Assembly (NCBI GenBank): GCA_038087875.1
Contig: CM075989.1
Span: 22,198,001 to 22,262,000, forward strand
Direction of reading: 5' to 3'
DNA length: 64,000 bases
DNA from: Malacoraja senta
Lineage: Eukaryota
In this document: positions 23,672-34,873 of the stretch, in pieces
Position numbering within the stretch: position 1 is the first letter of the stretch
How the letters are laid out: the number at the start of each line of letters is the position of its first letter
The notes under the pieces: generated by a model
Database searches by the model: none
What the model was told of the DNA's origin: nothing
What the model saw: the letters and a program-made list of their open reading frames with translations, nothing else
Position numbers and translations under genes: made by a program

Positions 23672-25322
23672 TTTAGTTTAGTTTAGTTTATTGTCACGTG
23701 TACCGAAGTACAGTGAAAAGCTTGTGTTGTGTGCTAATCAGTCAGCGGAAAGACTATACATGATTAAAAAGGAGCCATCCACAGTGTACATAGATACATA
23801 CATAGATACATAGAAAATAGGTGCAGGAGTAGGCCATTCGGCCCTTCGAGCCTGCACCGCCATTCAATATGATCATGGCTGATCATCGAACTCAGTATCC
23901 CGTACCTGCCTTCTCTCCATACCCCCTGATCCCTTTAGCCACAAGGGCCACATCTAACTCCCTCTTAAATATAGCCAATGAACTGGCGTCAACTACCCTC
24001 TGTGGCAGAGAGTTCCAGAGATTCACCACTCTCTGTGTGAAAAAGTTTTTCCTCATCTCGGTCTTAAAGGATTTCCCCCTTATCCTTAAGCTGTGACCCC
24101 TTGTCCTGGACTTCCCCAACATCGGGAACAATCTTCCTGCATCTAGCCTGTCCAACCCCATAAGAATTTTGTACGTTTCTATAAGATCCCCTCTCAATCT
24201 CCTAAATTCTAGCGAGTATAAGCCAAGTCTATCCAGTCTTTCTTCATATGAAAGTCCTGACATCCCAGGAATCAGTCTGGTGAACCTTCTCTGCACTCCC
24301 TCTATGGCTATAATGTCCTTCCTCAGATTTGGAGACCAAAACTGTACGCAATACTCCAGGTGTGGTCTCACCAAGACCCTGTACAACTGCAGTAGAACCT
24401 CCCTGCTCCTATACTCAAATCCTCTTGCTATGAAGGCCAACATACCATTCGCTTTCTTCACTGCCTGCTGCACCTGCATGCCTACTTTCAATGACTGGTG
24501 TACCATGACACCCAGGTCTCGCTGCATCTCCCCATTTCCTAATCGGCCACCATTTAGATAATAGTCTGCCTTCCCGTTTTTGCCACCAAAGTGGATAACC
24601 TCACATTTATCCACATTATACTGCATCTGCCAAACATTTGCCCACTCCCCCAGCCTATCCAAGTCACCTTGCAGTCTCCTAGCATCCTCCTCACAGCTAA
24701 CACTGCCCCCCAGCTTAGTGTCATCCGCAAACTTGGAGATGTTGCTTTCAATTCCCTTGTCCAGATCATTAATATAAATTGTAAATAGCTGGGGTCCCAG
24801 CACTGAGCCTTGCGGTACCCCACTAGTCACTGCCTGCCATTGTGAAAAGGACCCGTTTACTCCTACTCTTTGCTTCCTGTTTGCCAGCCAGTTCTCTATC
24901 CACATCAATACTGAACCCCCAATACCGTGTGATTTAAGCTTGTATCCTAATCTCTTATGTGGTACCTTGTCGAAAGCCTTCTGAAAGTCCAGATACAACA
25001 CATCCACTGGTTCTCCCCTATCCACTCTACTAGTTACATCCTCGAAAAATTCTATAAGATTCGTCAGACACGATTTACCTTTCGTAAATCCATGCTGACT
25101 TTGTCCAATGATTTCACCACTTTCCAAATGTGTACCAATGCAGGATAAAGGGAATAACATTTAGTGGAAGATAAAGTCCAGTGAAGACCGATTAAAGATA
25201 GCCTGAGGGTCTCCAATGAGGCAGATAGTAGCTCAGGACTGCTCTCTAGTTGTTGGGAGGATGGGTCAGTTGTTTGATAACAGCTGGGAAGAAATTGTCC
25301 CTGAATCTGGAGGTGTGTGTTT
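23672..25322 (-). mobile_element. Rex1/Babar-like LINE 3' end (parts 23672-23789 and 25130-25322) split by a CR1 insertion
   Basis: The same tail is uninterrupted at 42015-42230 (…AGTGTACATATACAGGATAAAGGG). Here it is broken at GTGTAC, duplicated at 23784-23789 and 25130-25135. Confidence 0.75.
23790..25131 (-). mobile_element. 5'-truncated CR1 LINE with uninterrupted RT frame
   Basis: ORF 23892-25131 (~413 codons, no stop): QHGF, YLDFQKAFDKVPH, GVPQGSVLGP, FADD, RPHLEYCVQFWSP, RTRGHS. TATCTATG-type tail. Confidence 0.97.
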
Positions 25323-25733
25323 TCCCATTTACTCAAAGAGATTTTGAGCAGAAAGATTTTGAAATTACAACATTCTGATGTGTGTCCAACAAAGAACAAA
25401 AAATAATGAATAGTGATCACATTTTGCTTATTTATAAAATATTATAACTTCACCAAAATTATTCAAAGATATTCAATGCACAGCCTACTGATAATATTAA
25501 GTGAATTATTTTGAATTTGCACTAGACGTAATCGTACACCATGCAACAATCTGAAATATGTCATTAAGATCAGGCATTGTAGCCTGTAAATCTAGCATTA
25601 AAATTCCTGCTAATCCCATTTGAGGCGGTAGCCTTTTTTATCACGAGAGATGACCAAATTTATTTAGTGTGAATCTGTTTTTCTTGGTTCTGTTTTCATT
25701 TGAAATGAAGTCAAATTTTCAGGTAGCACATGT

Positions 25734-25987
25734 TAGACAATAGACAATAGACAATAGACAATAGGTGCAGGAGTAGGCCATTCAGCCCTTCGAGCCAGCA
25801 CCGCCATTCAATGTGATCATGGCTGATCATCCCCAATCAGTACCTCGTTCCTGCCTTCTCCCCATATCCCCTGACTCCGCTATCTTTAAGAGCCCTATCT
25901 AACTCTCTCTTGAAAGTATCCAGAGAACCGGCCTCCACCGCCCTCTGAGGCAGAGAATTCTACAAACTCACAACTCTCTGGGTGAAA
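25734..25987 (-). mobile_element. CR1 LINE 3' fragment with (TATTGTC)n tail
   Basis: AGACAAT tandem tail plus CR1 3' UTR; same subfamily as 29530-29845. Confidence 0.9.
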
Positions 25988-26094
25988 TGTTCATCTTTTA
26001 TTAAGAGACAATGGGCAATGTTGACTTTAGACCACAGTGTGAAATGCGTGTTGGTCTTCTATCTCAGAGGAAGAGTCAAGCTACCAAGGGAGAT

Positions 26095-26311
26095 TGTGTA
26101 GGAAGGAGCGGCAGATGCTGGTTTGTACCGAAGATAGACGCAAAATGCTGGAGTAACTCAGCGGGACCGACAGCATCTCTGGAGAGAAGGAAAGGGTGAC
26201 ATTTCGGGTTGAGACCCTTCTTTAGAAGGACGGTAATGACCCGAAACATTACCCAATCCTCTCCAGAGATGCTACCTGTCCCGCTCAGTTACTCCAGCAT
26301 TTTGTGTCTAA
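26095..26311. mobile_element. Palindromic PLE terminal element
   Basis: Inverted arms around ~26230 with a hammerhead-like core on minus. Confidence 0.8.
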
Positions 26312-26619
26312 CATGGAGCAAGGAGTGAGTTACCTCCCATCACAACAAGTACTTGTCAGTAACAACAAAGATGATCACTTGAATGTTGAATAAATTCTCG
26401 CCACTTGCCTTTCAATTATATTCAAGCAGACCACAAACTCTACCACATGGTAGAATAATGATAGCAGATGCATAGTAGCAATGGCACCAGCAAAATCTTC
26501 TCCTACAACATGGGACATATCTTGTGCAAAGAAATGAGATGAGAATGCAATCACCAGTAAAGGGCAAGAATTGATTGTTTTTCCTTTGTTATTAATGTCT
26601 ACATTGATGTCAATTAGGG

Positions 26620-26732
26620 TGCAGCTGGTCTCACAGAACTGGAGACATGGGTTCGATCCTGACCTCGGGTGCTGTCTAGTGTGGAGTTTGCACGTTCTCC
26701 CCGAGCCCATGTGGGTTTCCTCCAGGTGCTCT
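26620..26732 (+). mobile_element. HE1-type SINE fragment
   Basis: B box GGTTCGATCC followed by the V-domain start GTGGAGTTTGCACGTTCTCCCC. Confidence 0.75.
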
Positions 26733-26979
26733 GGGGGAAATTATATTAAATGTTCCTGTAAAAATATCTTCAAAATAATGAAGAGCTTTAAAAAAAAAAG
26801 TCAGATCATTAGAAAATTGGAAATCAATCAAAAGCAATTAAATATATTTAAATCAATCCAATTAAAGATATAAACAAAGATGTCATCTCTCTCTTCTCCT
26901 TTGTAGCTGTTCCTTCCTGTGCAAAACAATGGGCACAATTTCTTCTGATAAGTCAAACCCTGTAAAAGAAAAAGGTTAA

Positions 26980-27167
26980 AGGGTCTGTCCCACTTATGCG
27001 ACATGTCGCGGGGTGACGCCTCTATGGTCGTGAATAGTCGCCCAAAGAGTTGTACCTTTTTCTGGTCGCCGCTGGATTTTCAACATGTTGAAATTTTTCG
27101 GCAACCGGCTGCGACTATGAAGGGTGCCGGCAGTCGCCGAAAAAATCATGTAAGTGGGACAGGCCCT
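26980..27167. mobile_element. PIF/Harbinger-like MITE
   Basis: 17-bp TIRs AGGGTCTGTCCCACTTA / TAAGTGGGACAGGCCCT (1 mismatch); flanks TAA / CAA fit a decayed 3-bp TWA TSD; internal GTCGC repeats. Confidence 0.8.
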
Positions 27168-27208
27168 CAAATCTCCCATTGTAGATATCTATGGAAGTGT
27201 AATCTTAG

Positions 27209-27325
27209 GTAGACAAAAGGGCTGGAGAAACTCAGCGGGTGCAGCAGCATCTATGGAGCGAAGGAAATAGGCAACGTTTCGGGATGAAACCCTTCTTCAG
27301 ACATCTGCATTTCCTTCTTAAACAC
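27209..27325. mobile_element. Short PLE-derived insert with 15-bp TSD
   Basis: TSD GAAGTGTAATCTTAG at 27194-27208 and 27326-27340; hammerhead core on minus at ~27273-27300. Confidence 0.9.
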
Positions 27326-27696
27326 GAAGTGTAATCTTAGTTTATTGTATTGCATTTATTTCTGTAAGATTTATAATAATACTATGCAATATATTATTGC
27401 TCTAGTTATAATTTTACGACTACTAATTATATTATTATCATTGCATAAGATTATTGGTTATTCAATCTCGCCCCACGTTAATTTTGGTTCCTACCATCAA
27501 TTGTTAAAATGAGGACTTATTTTGTGTAGTGCAGGAAGTCCCCTGATGGGCATGTGGAGACTGCATGTTGAGTTACCTGGTACTATGATTGCCTGTGATC
27601 AAAGAAAAGTAAAGAACCCAACCCTACAGCCCAGAGTGACTGGAGTAATCAAATTCAAAAACTTGGGGTTACAGAAGTTTCTCATCCTCCGATAGA

Positions 27697-28148
27697 CTTT
27701 AGTTTAGTTTAGAGATACAGTGCAGAAACAGGCCCTTCAGCTCACTGAGTCCCGTAAACCCAATAACATACAGATAGTATATAATAGTCAAAAATTCAAT
27801 AAATTGGGGCGGCATGGTGGCGTAGTGGTAGAGTCTTACAGTGCCAGAGTCCCGGGTTCCAGAGTCCTGGGTTCAAGCCAAATAACCTACAAACCTGTAC
27901 GTCTTTGAAGTGTGCGAGGAAACCGAAGATCTCGTAGAAAACCCACGCAGATCACGGGGAGTACGTACAAACTCCATACAGACAGCATGAGTTTGTAGTC
28001 GGGATCCATAGTTGGATCCCGACTACTTCCATAGTTGAGTTTGTAGACAGCATGAGTCCCGTAGTCGGGATCAAACCCGGGTCTCTGGCGCTGATATTAC
28101 ATTTTGCTGTAAGGCAGCAACTCTACCGCTGCACTACCGTGACTGCCC
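27697..28148 (-). mobile_element. Rearranged HE1-type SINE (minus copy with a plus-strand head inside)
   Basis: Minus tail 27697-27755, plus head ~27806-27878, minus body and head 27875-28148. Confidence 0.8.
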
Positions 28149-29529
28149 TATAGTCTGCAGTTTTGTTCTTAAATAAACTGTAATATTAGGTAACCACAAG
28201 AGTGCAAAGACCAAAGTCTGTGGTGCGACTCGTCCTTTACACCATTTTAACCATCCTAGCCTTGGAGTCACTTTTTATCTGAAAGCTTACATGTGGTTTG
28301 TTGAGTTACCCACTCCTTGAAAGTGTTTGGCCATCATGACGAGAACATACCCGATAAATGACAACTTGTTTTTAGGTTCCTGCTGCTGGCTTCTAAAACA
28401 GAACAGGCTTGATTCAAAACTATATATTAAAAAAAACCTCTTGTAGAATTGAACCTTGTTAGATATAAAGTAGTGAAATTGTCAAAACGTAACAGAAATG
28501 GAAATCAACAAATATGGATCAGGATAGGGCAGTGTGTTGAGGTGAAAAGAAGTGAAAAGAGACTTGTGTAAATTTTACGAGACAGGTTTGAAGGGATTAA
28601 AGCAGAAGCCTAAAGGTCAATGTTGTTCATGTGTGACTGTACTCAGAGGATAATGACTGAGGAATCCACAACCAAAGTAGGTATGCTTTGTAATATTTCG
28701 GATAGATGTGGCTGCCTAAGTTCCAGTTCAAATAGTACAAAGTATTTTTATAGACTAATAATAAACTGTGGCTGTGACAAATTCCCTTTGTACTCTTTTG
28801 ATCGCTCACTGAATCTACCTAATTGCTTAACCTCATACAAGATAGGGCATAAGTAAACTAATGCAGTGAAATTATTGATTTTTATGGATGGAGACATTTT
28901 AATGCAGTCTCATTTTGAGGGCAATGATATTTCAACAACTGAACTTACAGCAATACACGTTAACATTTAGAAACTAAACACAAAGTTGTGATTCAAATAT
29001 TATGGAGATTCCACCACATCAATGCTCAGAGAATCATCCAGGTCATGTTTTTAATGCAAGGAGAATTTTAACGTGTAAATGAATTAAGTGTATCTACAAA
29101 ATATTCAAATTCCTTTTAAATCTTTTTCATCCATCATATTCTAGCGTGACAAATTTTAGCTTAGTTTCGAGATACTGCGCTGAAACAGGCACTTCGGCCC
29201 ACTGAGTCCGCACCGACCAGCGATCCCTGATGAAATGCAAACATGCAAAATATCTGCATGTTGCCTGTACACTCTACTTTTTCATGGAGTATTTTTGCAC
29301 TCATGACTTGTTTTTACTTTGCAGTCTTTTCTTCTTTTCGCCATCGTGGAGACTTTGCATGTAATTTATGTACAATGTTTGTGTGTGTATTGTGCGAGAC
29401 TATGTCATGCTGCAGTCAGCAAGATCTTACATCATTGTACCAGTGCAGGTGACAATACACTTTCATTGCTGTTCCTGATGTCTGTGAACATGGATATATT
29501 CAATGGGTATATTCATTGAAACTTTAAAT

Positions 29530-29845
29530 CTAGAACCAGGGGCCACAGTTTAAGAATAAGGGGTAAGCCATTTAGAACGGAGACGAGGAAACACTTTTTC
29601 TCACAGAGAGTTGTGAGTCTGTGCAATTCTCTGCCTCTGAGGGCGGTGGAGGCCGGTTCTCTGGATTCTTTCAAGAGAGAGCTAGATAGGGCTCTTAAAG
29701 ATAGCAGAGTCAGGGGATATGGGGAGAAGGCAGGAACGGGGTACTGATTGGGGATGATCAGCCATGATCACATTGAATGGCGGTGCGGGCTCGAAGGGCC
29801 GAATGACCTACTCCTGCACCTATTGTCTATTGTCTGTTGTCTATT
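29530..29845 (+). mobile_element. CR1 LINE 3' fragment
   Basis: SRTRGHSLRIRG-type C-terminus, 3' UTR and (TATTGTC)n tail. Confidence 0.9.
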
Positions 29846-30060
29846 AAATGTTTATTGTTCAAGAAGGAATGAGCTCAATGGTTTTCGTAGCACTGTATTT
29901 TTTTACTCCGGCTTAACCTAAGTTTAAGTTTGTCTGTATTCCAAATAGACCTGAAAGGTACTTAGATGTAATTTGGCACCTAATGACGGTACCATTTCTA
30001 GTCCAGCTTCTGGGATCTGCCTAAGGAGAAGTTCCAGGCTAATGATTTAATATCCATCCA

Positions 30061-30375
30061 GGGCAGCATGGTGGCGCAGTGGTAGAGTTGCTGCCTGACA
30101 GCGCTTACAGCGCCAGAGACCCAGGTTCGATCCTGACCTCTGCTGCTCTCTGTATGGAGTTTGTACTTTCTCCCCGTGACTATGTGGGTTCTCTCCGAGA
30201 TCTTTGGTTTCCTCCCACACTCCAAAGACGCATAGGTTTGTAGGTTAATTGGCTTGGTAGAAATGTAAATTGTCCCTAGTGTGTGTGTAGGATAGTGTTA
30301 GTGTGCGGGGATCGCTGGTTGGTGCGGACACGATGGGCCGAAGGGCCTGTTTCTGCATTGTATCTCTAAACTAAA
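30061..30375 (+). mobile_element. HE1-type V-SINE, full length
   Basis: A box TGGCGCAGTGG, B box GGTTCGATCC, V-domain and tail. Confidence 0.92.
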
Positions 30376-30604
30376 TCAGCTGTATTGCCTCAGAGCAAAT
30401 CAAGCAACAACAGAAACACCAATGAAGATCTCTATTCACCTTGGATAGACACAAAGTGGTGGAGTAACTCAGCGGGACAGGCAGCATCTCTGAAGAGAAG
30501 GGGTGGGTGACGTTTTGGGTCGATACCCTTCTTCGCCAGTACTCTGTTCATCTTGGCCACCACAAGAGTGGAAAAGTGGAACTGTTTCTAATGAGGTACT
30601 AATA

Positions 30605-30895
30605 GGGTGGTTCGGTAGCACAGTGGTAGAGTCACTGCCTCACAGCACCAGAGACACGGGTTCTATACTGACTTTGAGTTCTATCTGTACGAAGTTTGTA
30701 AGTGACCGCTTACACAGGTTTCCTCCCACATTCCAAAGACGTGCGGGTTTGTAGATTAATTGGCTTTGGTAAACTTGTAAATTGTCCCTAGTTGTAGGAG
30801 CGTTAGTATGAATGAGTGATCAATGGTCAGCACGGGTGTATTGGGCCGAAGGGCCTGTATCCACGCTGTATCTCTAAAGACTAAACTAAACTAAA
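30605..30895 (+). mobile_element. HE1-type V-SINE, diverged
   Basis: Head, partial V-domain and (CTAAA)n tail. Confidence 0.85.
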
Positions 30896-30899
30896 CCCT

Positions 30900-31045
30900 A
30901 AGCTCTCCTGACAAAAACTGTGCACAATACTCCAAGTGTGGCCTCGCCAACATCCCGCACAACTGCAACAATATGAACCAACTTCAATATTCATTGCCAT
31001 TACTGACGAAGGCCGGTGTGCCAAAAGGCTTCTTCACCACCCTGT
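30900..31045 (-). mobile_element. CR1 ORF2 internal fragment
   Basis: Minus strand encodes RPHLEYCAQF-like sequence. Confidence 0.7.
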
Positions 31046-31322
31046 GTAGATCTGCTGTATTCCATACAATAAAATTCTACTTTTATGATGAACTAGTAAT
31101 TACATTGTTGCTGGTTCAGACATGATTAGGGTAATGAAAAGGGAGCTTAATAAAGCCCAGTGTTGATGTGTCCAGTAGTTCCAATAACACCACAGCAGAT
31201 AATTCACTAAGTGTATTTCTTGTTGCAAATAATGCACTACAGGTAGGTACTGCTCAAAGAGAAACCCTTGAGCTTCTCTGCTCCTGTTCTGAATATATCA
31301 CACATGGTCAAATATTAACAAA

Positions 31323-31620
31323 CGGTGGCATAGTGGCACAGCAGTAAAGCGCCAGAGACCCAGGTTTGATCCTGACTACGGGTGCTATCTGTACAGAGTT
31401 TGTACATTCTCCCCGTGACCTGCGTGAGTTTTCTCCGGGTGCTCTGGTTTCCTCTCAGATTCCAAAGACGAGCAGGATTGTTGGTTGATTTAGCTTCCGT
31501 AAATTGTCCCTAGTGTGCAGGATATGCTCGTCTATGGGTGGTCATTGGTGGGCGCAGACTCAGTGGGCCAAAGGGCCAGTTTCCACGCTGTCTCTCTAAA
31601 ATTAAAACTAAATCTAAACT
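31323..31620 (+). mobile_element. HE1-type V-SINE
   Basis: Head with deletion, V-domain and tail. Confidence 0.85.
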
Positions 31621-32149
31621 TCAGCCATGGCTCTTGGAAAGCTAGTAAGTGTCGACCCTTGCACAACATGTTGGAAACAAAAGCCATTGCCCCATGTTTG
31701 TGTCAGCTCTCTCAAAGTACCATCCATAGGATCCCAAAGGCCAGTGTACAGTATATCCCAGTCCATTTTGAATCCCTTCTGATCTGCTTTGCACCATACT
31801 ATCGGGCAAAGCACTACAAATTGTTATATCTGCAACACAGCTTCAATCTTCATTCTTTTTTTCGATCTGCTAATGTTGGAGAAATTACCCCACGTAATCG
31901 GCAAAGCACAAAACCGAAAGTTTATAATTGACGACAGCTTGCTACCACTGTACAGTGCACACGCATGGATAATATCTTTGTTCAAGTCCAAGACTTTTGT
32001 TCTGCAGTCAGCTAGTGATTGCTTGCTCCACAATTTAGACGAGCAATCACACTGATGAAGAGCTGAATGATTAGCACAGGCAGCACAACCTGAGTGATAG
32101 CCTTGAGAATTGTAAGTGATATAGCTGATCATCCATCTATTATAACAGT

Positions 32150-32612
32150 TTGCAGGAGAAACAGCAGATGCTGGTTAATACACAAAAGGGCACAAAGTGC
32201 TGGAGTAACTCAGTAGATCAGGCAGCATCTCTGGAGATCATGGATAAGTGACATTTCAGATTGGGACCCTTCTTCAGACAAAGGGTCTCGACCTGAAACA
32301 TCACCTATCCATGTTCTCCAGAGATGCTGCCTGATCCTCTGAGTTACTCCAGGACCTTGTGTCACTTTGTGTTTATAATTTAACAAAATTATGCTTTTGT
32401 TCAAACCAATGCTTTAAATATCTCTCGGCTGGCCACCTGGTTTGAGGTGAGATCCTTTGGATAGAAGGTTAAAAAACTTGTGTATCAATGAAGAGTCTAG
32501 GGTGTCGACCCGAAACGTCACCTATCCGTTTTCTCCAGAGATGCTGCCTGACCCGCTGGGTTACTGCACCACTTTGTGTCTATCTTTGGTATAAACCAGC
32601 ATCTGCAGTTCT
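32150..32612. mobile_element. Two PLE terminal elements (palindrome 32150-32365; plus-strand arm 32500-32612)
   Basis: Inverted arms around ~32280; GGGTGTCGACCCGAAACGTC at ~32500. Confidence 0.8.
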
Positions 32613-33259
32613 TTGTTTCTGCTCTTATATCGTGTTTTGGTTTCCCTGGTAAGTAATATATTCACAGTCTCAGTTTTTCACAGTCTCAGATTTTCCCAAT
32701 CTGTCATAATCGAGATACCCAGCATTCTGAACAATACCTTCAAGCATACTCTCCCTTCAAGCATACTCTCACATTTGAACTTCTCATTAATAATGAGTTG
32801 GAGGAGCCCTGATGAGGCGTTGAAATCTCTCAGATCTTGCTTTACGGGGTTCATCAGCGCTGATTGTAGCACATGACTGAATGAATCTCTACAACAATTA
32901 GTTCAATAGCTTGCTACAACATCTCTGAATTTTGTTATGAGTGGCACATCACATGATGGACACAGGCTCTCCAAGGATCTCTGCTCTTTTGATGCAAAAT
33001 AAATGAAGCGCTGATCATTCCAATAGATATCATCTGGACATGGCATTTATTTTCTGTATCTCCAATGAGCAGGAGAATGTGCCGATTGCAGTGACCTCCT
33101 GTCAGGCATCACTTCTTGTAGGTTTGGTAGGTTGCCTTGTGACCCAGAGCACAGAACCTCGCTCCAGGCATGTATTTAATTGACCGCGACTCTTTGAGAG
33201 AAGGAGGAAGCCGTCATCCTTGTGTGTTGCTGCATCCTTGTCCCATGAGAAATGTTTTC

Positions 33260-33530
33260 TTTAGTTTAGTTTGGGCCCTTCTGCGCACCAAGTCCGTGCC
33301 GACCAGCGATCCTTAACACTAATGCTATCCTAGACACGTTGGAGGCAATTTACAACAATACCAAGCTAATTAACCTATAAACCTGTACGTCTTTGGAGTG
33401 TAGGAGCTAACCCACGCAGGTCACAGGGAGAATGACCAAACTCCATACAGACAGAACCCGTAGTCAGGATCGAACCTGAGTCTCTGGTGCTCTAAGGCAG
33501 TAACTCCATTGCTGCACCACCGTGCCGCCC
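33260..33530 (-). mobile_element. HE1-type V-SINE
   Basis: Reverse-complement tail, V-domain and head. Confidence 0.85.
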
Positions 33531-33664
33531 AAATATGTTGAACAACAAAGTATTGGGAGAAAGGCAAAACTGAAGAGATTTCATTGGAAATTTGCAGATC
33601 CCATTTTAGCACCGGTAAACTGCGGAACTGGTTATATGACCAGGGTGGAGGAATGGATCAACGG

Positions 33665-33870
33665 GAGAGAGGAGGCTAGTGTTAGTAGGAGTTACTTAAA
33701 ATTAGAGGATTCAACGTTCATACTGCTGGGTTGTAAGCTGCCCAAGAGAAATGTGAGGTGCTGTTCCTCCAATTTGCGCTGGGCCTCACTCTAACAGTGG
33801 AGGAGGCCCAGGACAGAATGGGAATGGGACAGGCAATGGGACAGAGAGTTGAATTGGTTAGCAACCAGGA
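33665..33870 (-). mobile_element. PLE GIY-YIG endonuclease C-terminal fragment
   Basis: Minus strand encodes RKLEEQHLTFLLGSLQPSSMNVESSN. Confidence 0.8.
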
Positions 33871-34221
33871 GATGCAGTACTCCTTGGTCAACCGGGCAGG
33901 CATTTGCTTTGATAGTGCTTGATGAGCTCTGTTCGAGACAAAGGAACAAAATTTATGATTTTAGGAAAATATCATGTTATCAACGTACTTAATATGCAGA
34001 GTCCCTCCTGCACTTTGTGTTACACCCTTAACGGGTGGCGCATGTCCCGTTGAGTTACTCCAGCCCTTTGCCTTTTAGTTTTGACAATGATTCACACAAT
34101 CCTCACTGAAGGAACAAAGATGCAATTTTCCAAAAAAAACTGAAACTTCTGACTAATTCACAAAAAATTGTGAACAATGGCCAATTCATCAAAAATGAGG
34201 ATGTATCATTTTTTTACATCT

Positions 34222-34873
34222 AAAAACATCACAATTTTCCTCAGTGTCTCCAGCAGTTCAAAAACATATTTGATCACTTCTTTAAATTCTTGCCCTGCCA
34301 CTGACCCACATGCCGAAAGCTGAATAATTATTTGTAATTTTTTTTAATTCATTTCATGTATCAATTGTTTTCGGACACAATTAAGGAAATTTTCTGGTAG
34401 CTACCTTCCGTGATAAACTAATTGGTTAATTTTCTTTATTGCGTCTCATCTATGCTATTCATCAACATTGATATCTGCCTTTTCAATTATAGCATTTTGT
34501 CTTAAAAGAATGCTAGTGATATATTTTTCACTTATATTATATAAATATATTTTTCACTTAAAATTATTTACTCCCATGCAATTAATTTATCATTCTTTTA
34601 AGACAAAATTCTAGAATTGAAAAGACAGACATCAATGTTGATAAATAACATAGATGAGATGCTCAAAAGAAAATTAAGCAACTAATTTACCTCAAAAAGT
34701 ATCTACCGGAAAACAAAATGACAAAACTTGTCATAAAACAATCGACATGTGCATTAATTTTTTTTTAATGAAAAGAATTATTCAACATTCAGCACATGGG
34801 CGTCATCAGCAAAGCAAACATTTAATGAAGTGACGAAGAACTTTTTTGAACTGCTTGAAAATTGTCATGTTTA
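34222..34873. repeat. Long AT-rich imperfect palindrome (~290-bp arms, ~78-bp spacer)
   Basis: 34441-34512 versus the reverse complement of 34591-34662 gives 7 mismatches in 72 bp. Similarity continues outward to ~34222 and ~34873. Confidence 0.9.

Noticed and set aside
23892..25160. 422-aa ORF as a host or domesticated gene
   Set aside because: It is a 5'-truncated CR1 ORF2 with LINE tail and TSD; the first codons come from the flanking repeat.
30061..30140. tRNA gene
   Set aside because: The A and B boxes belong to the tRNA-derived SINE head and continue into the V-domain. The same applies to all other copies.
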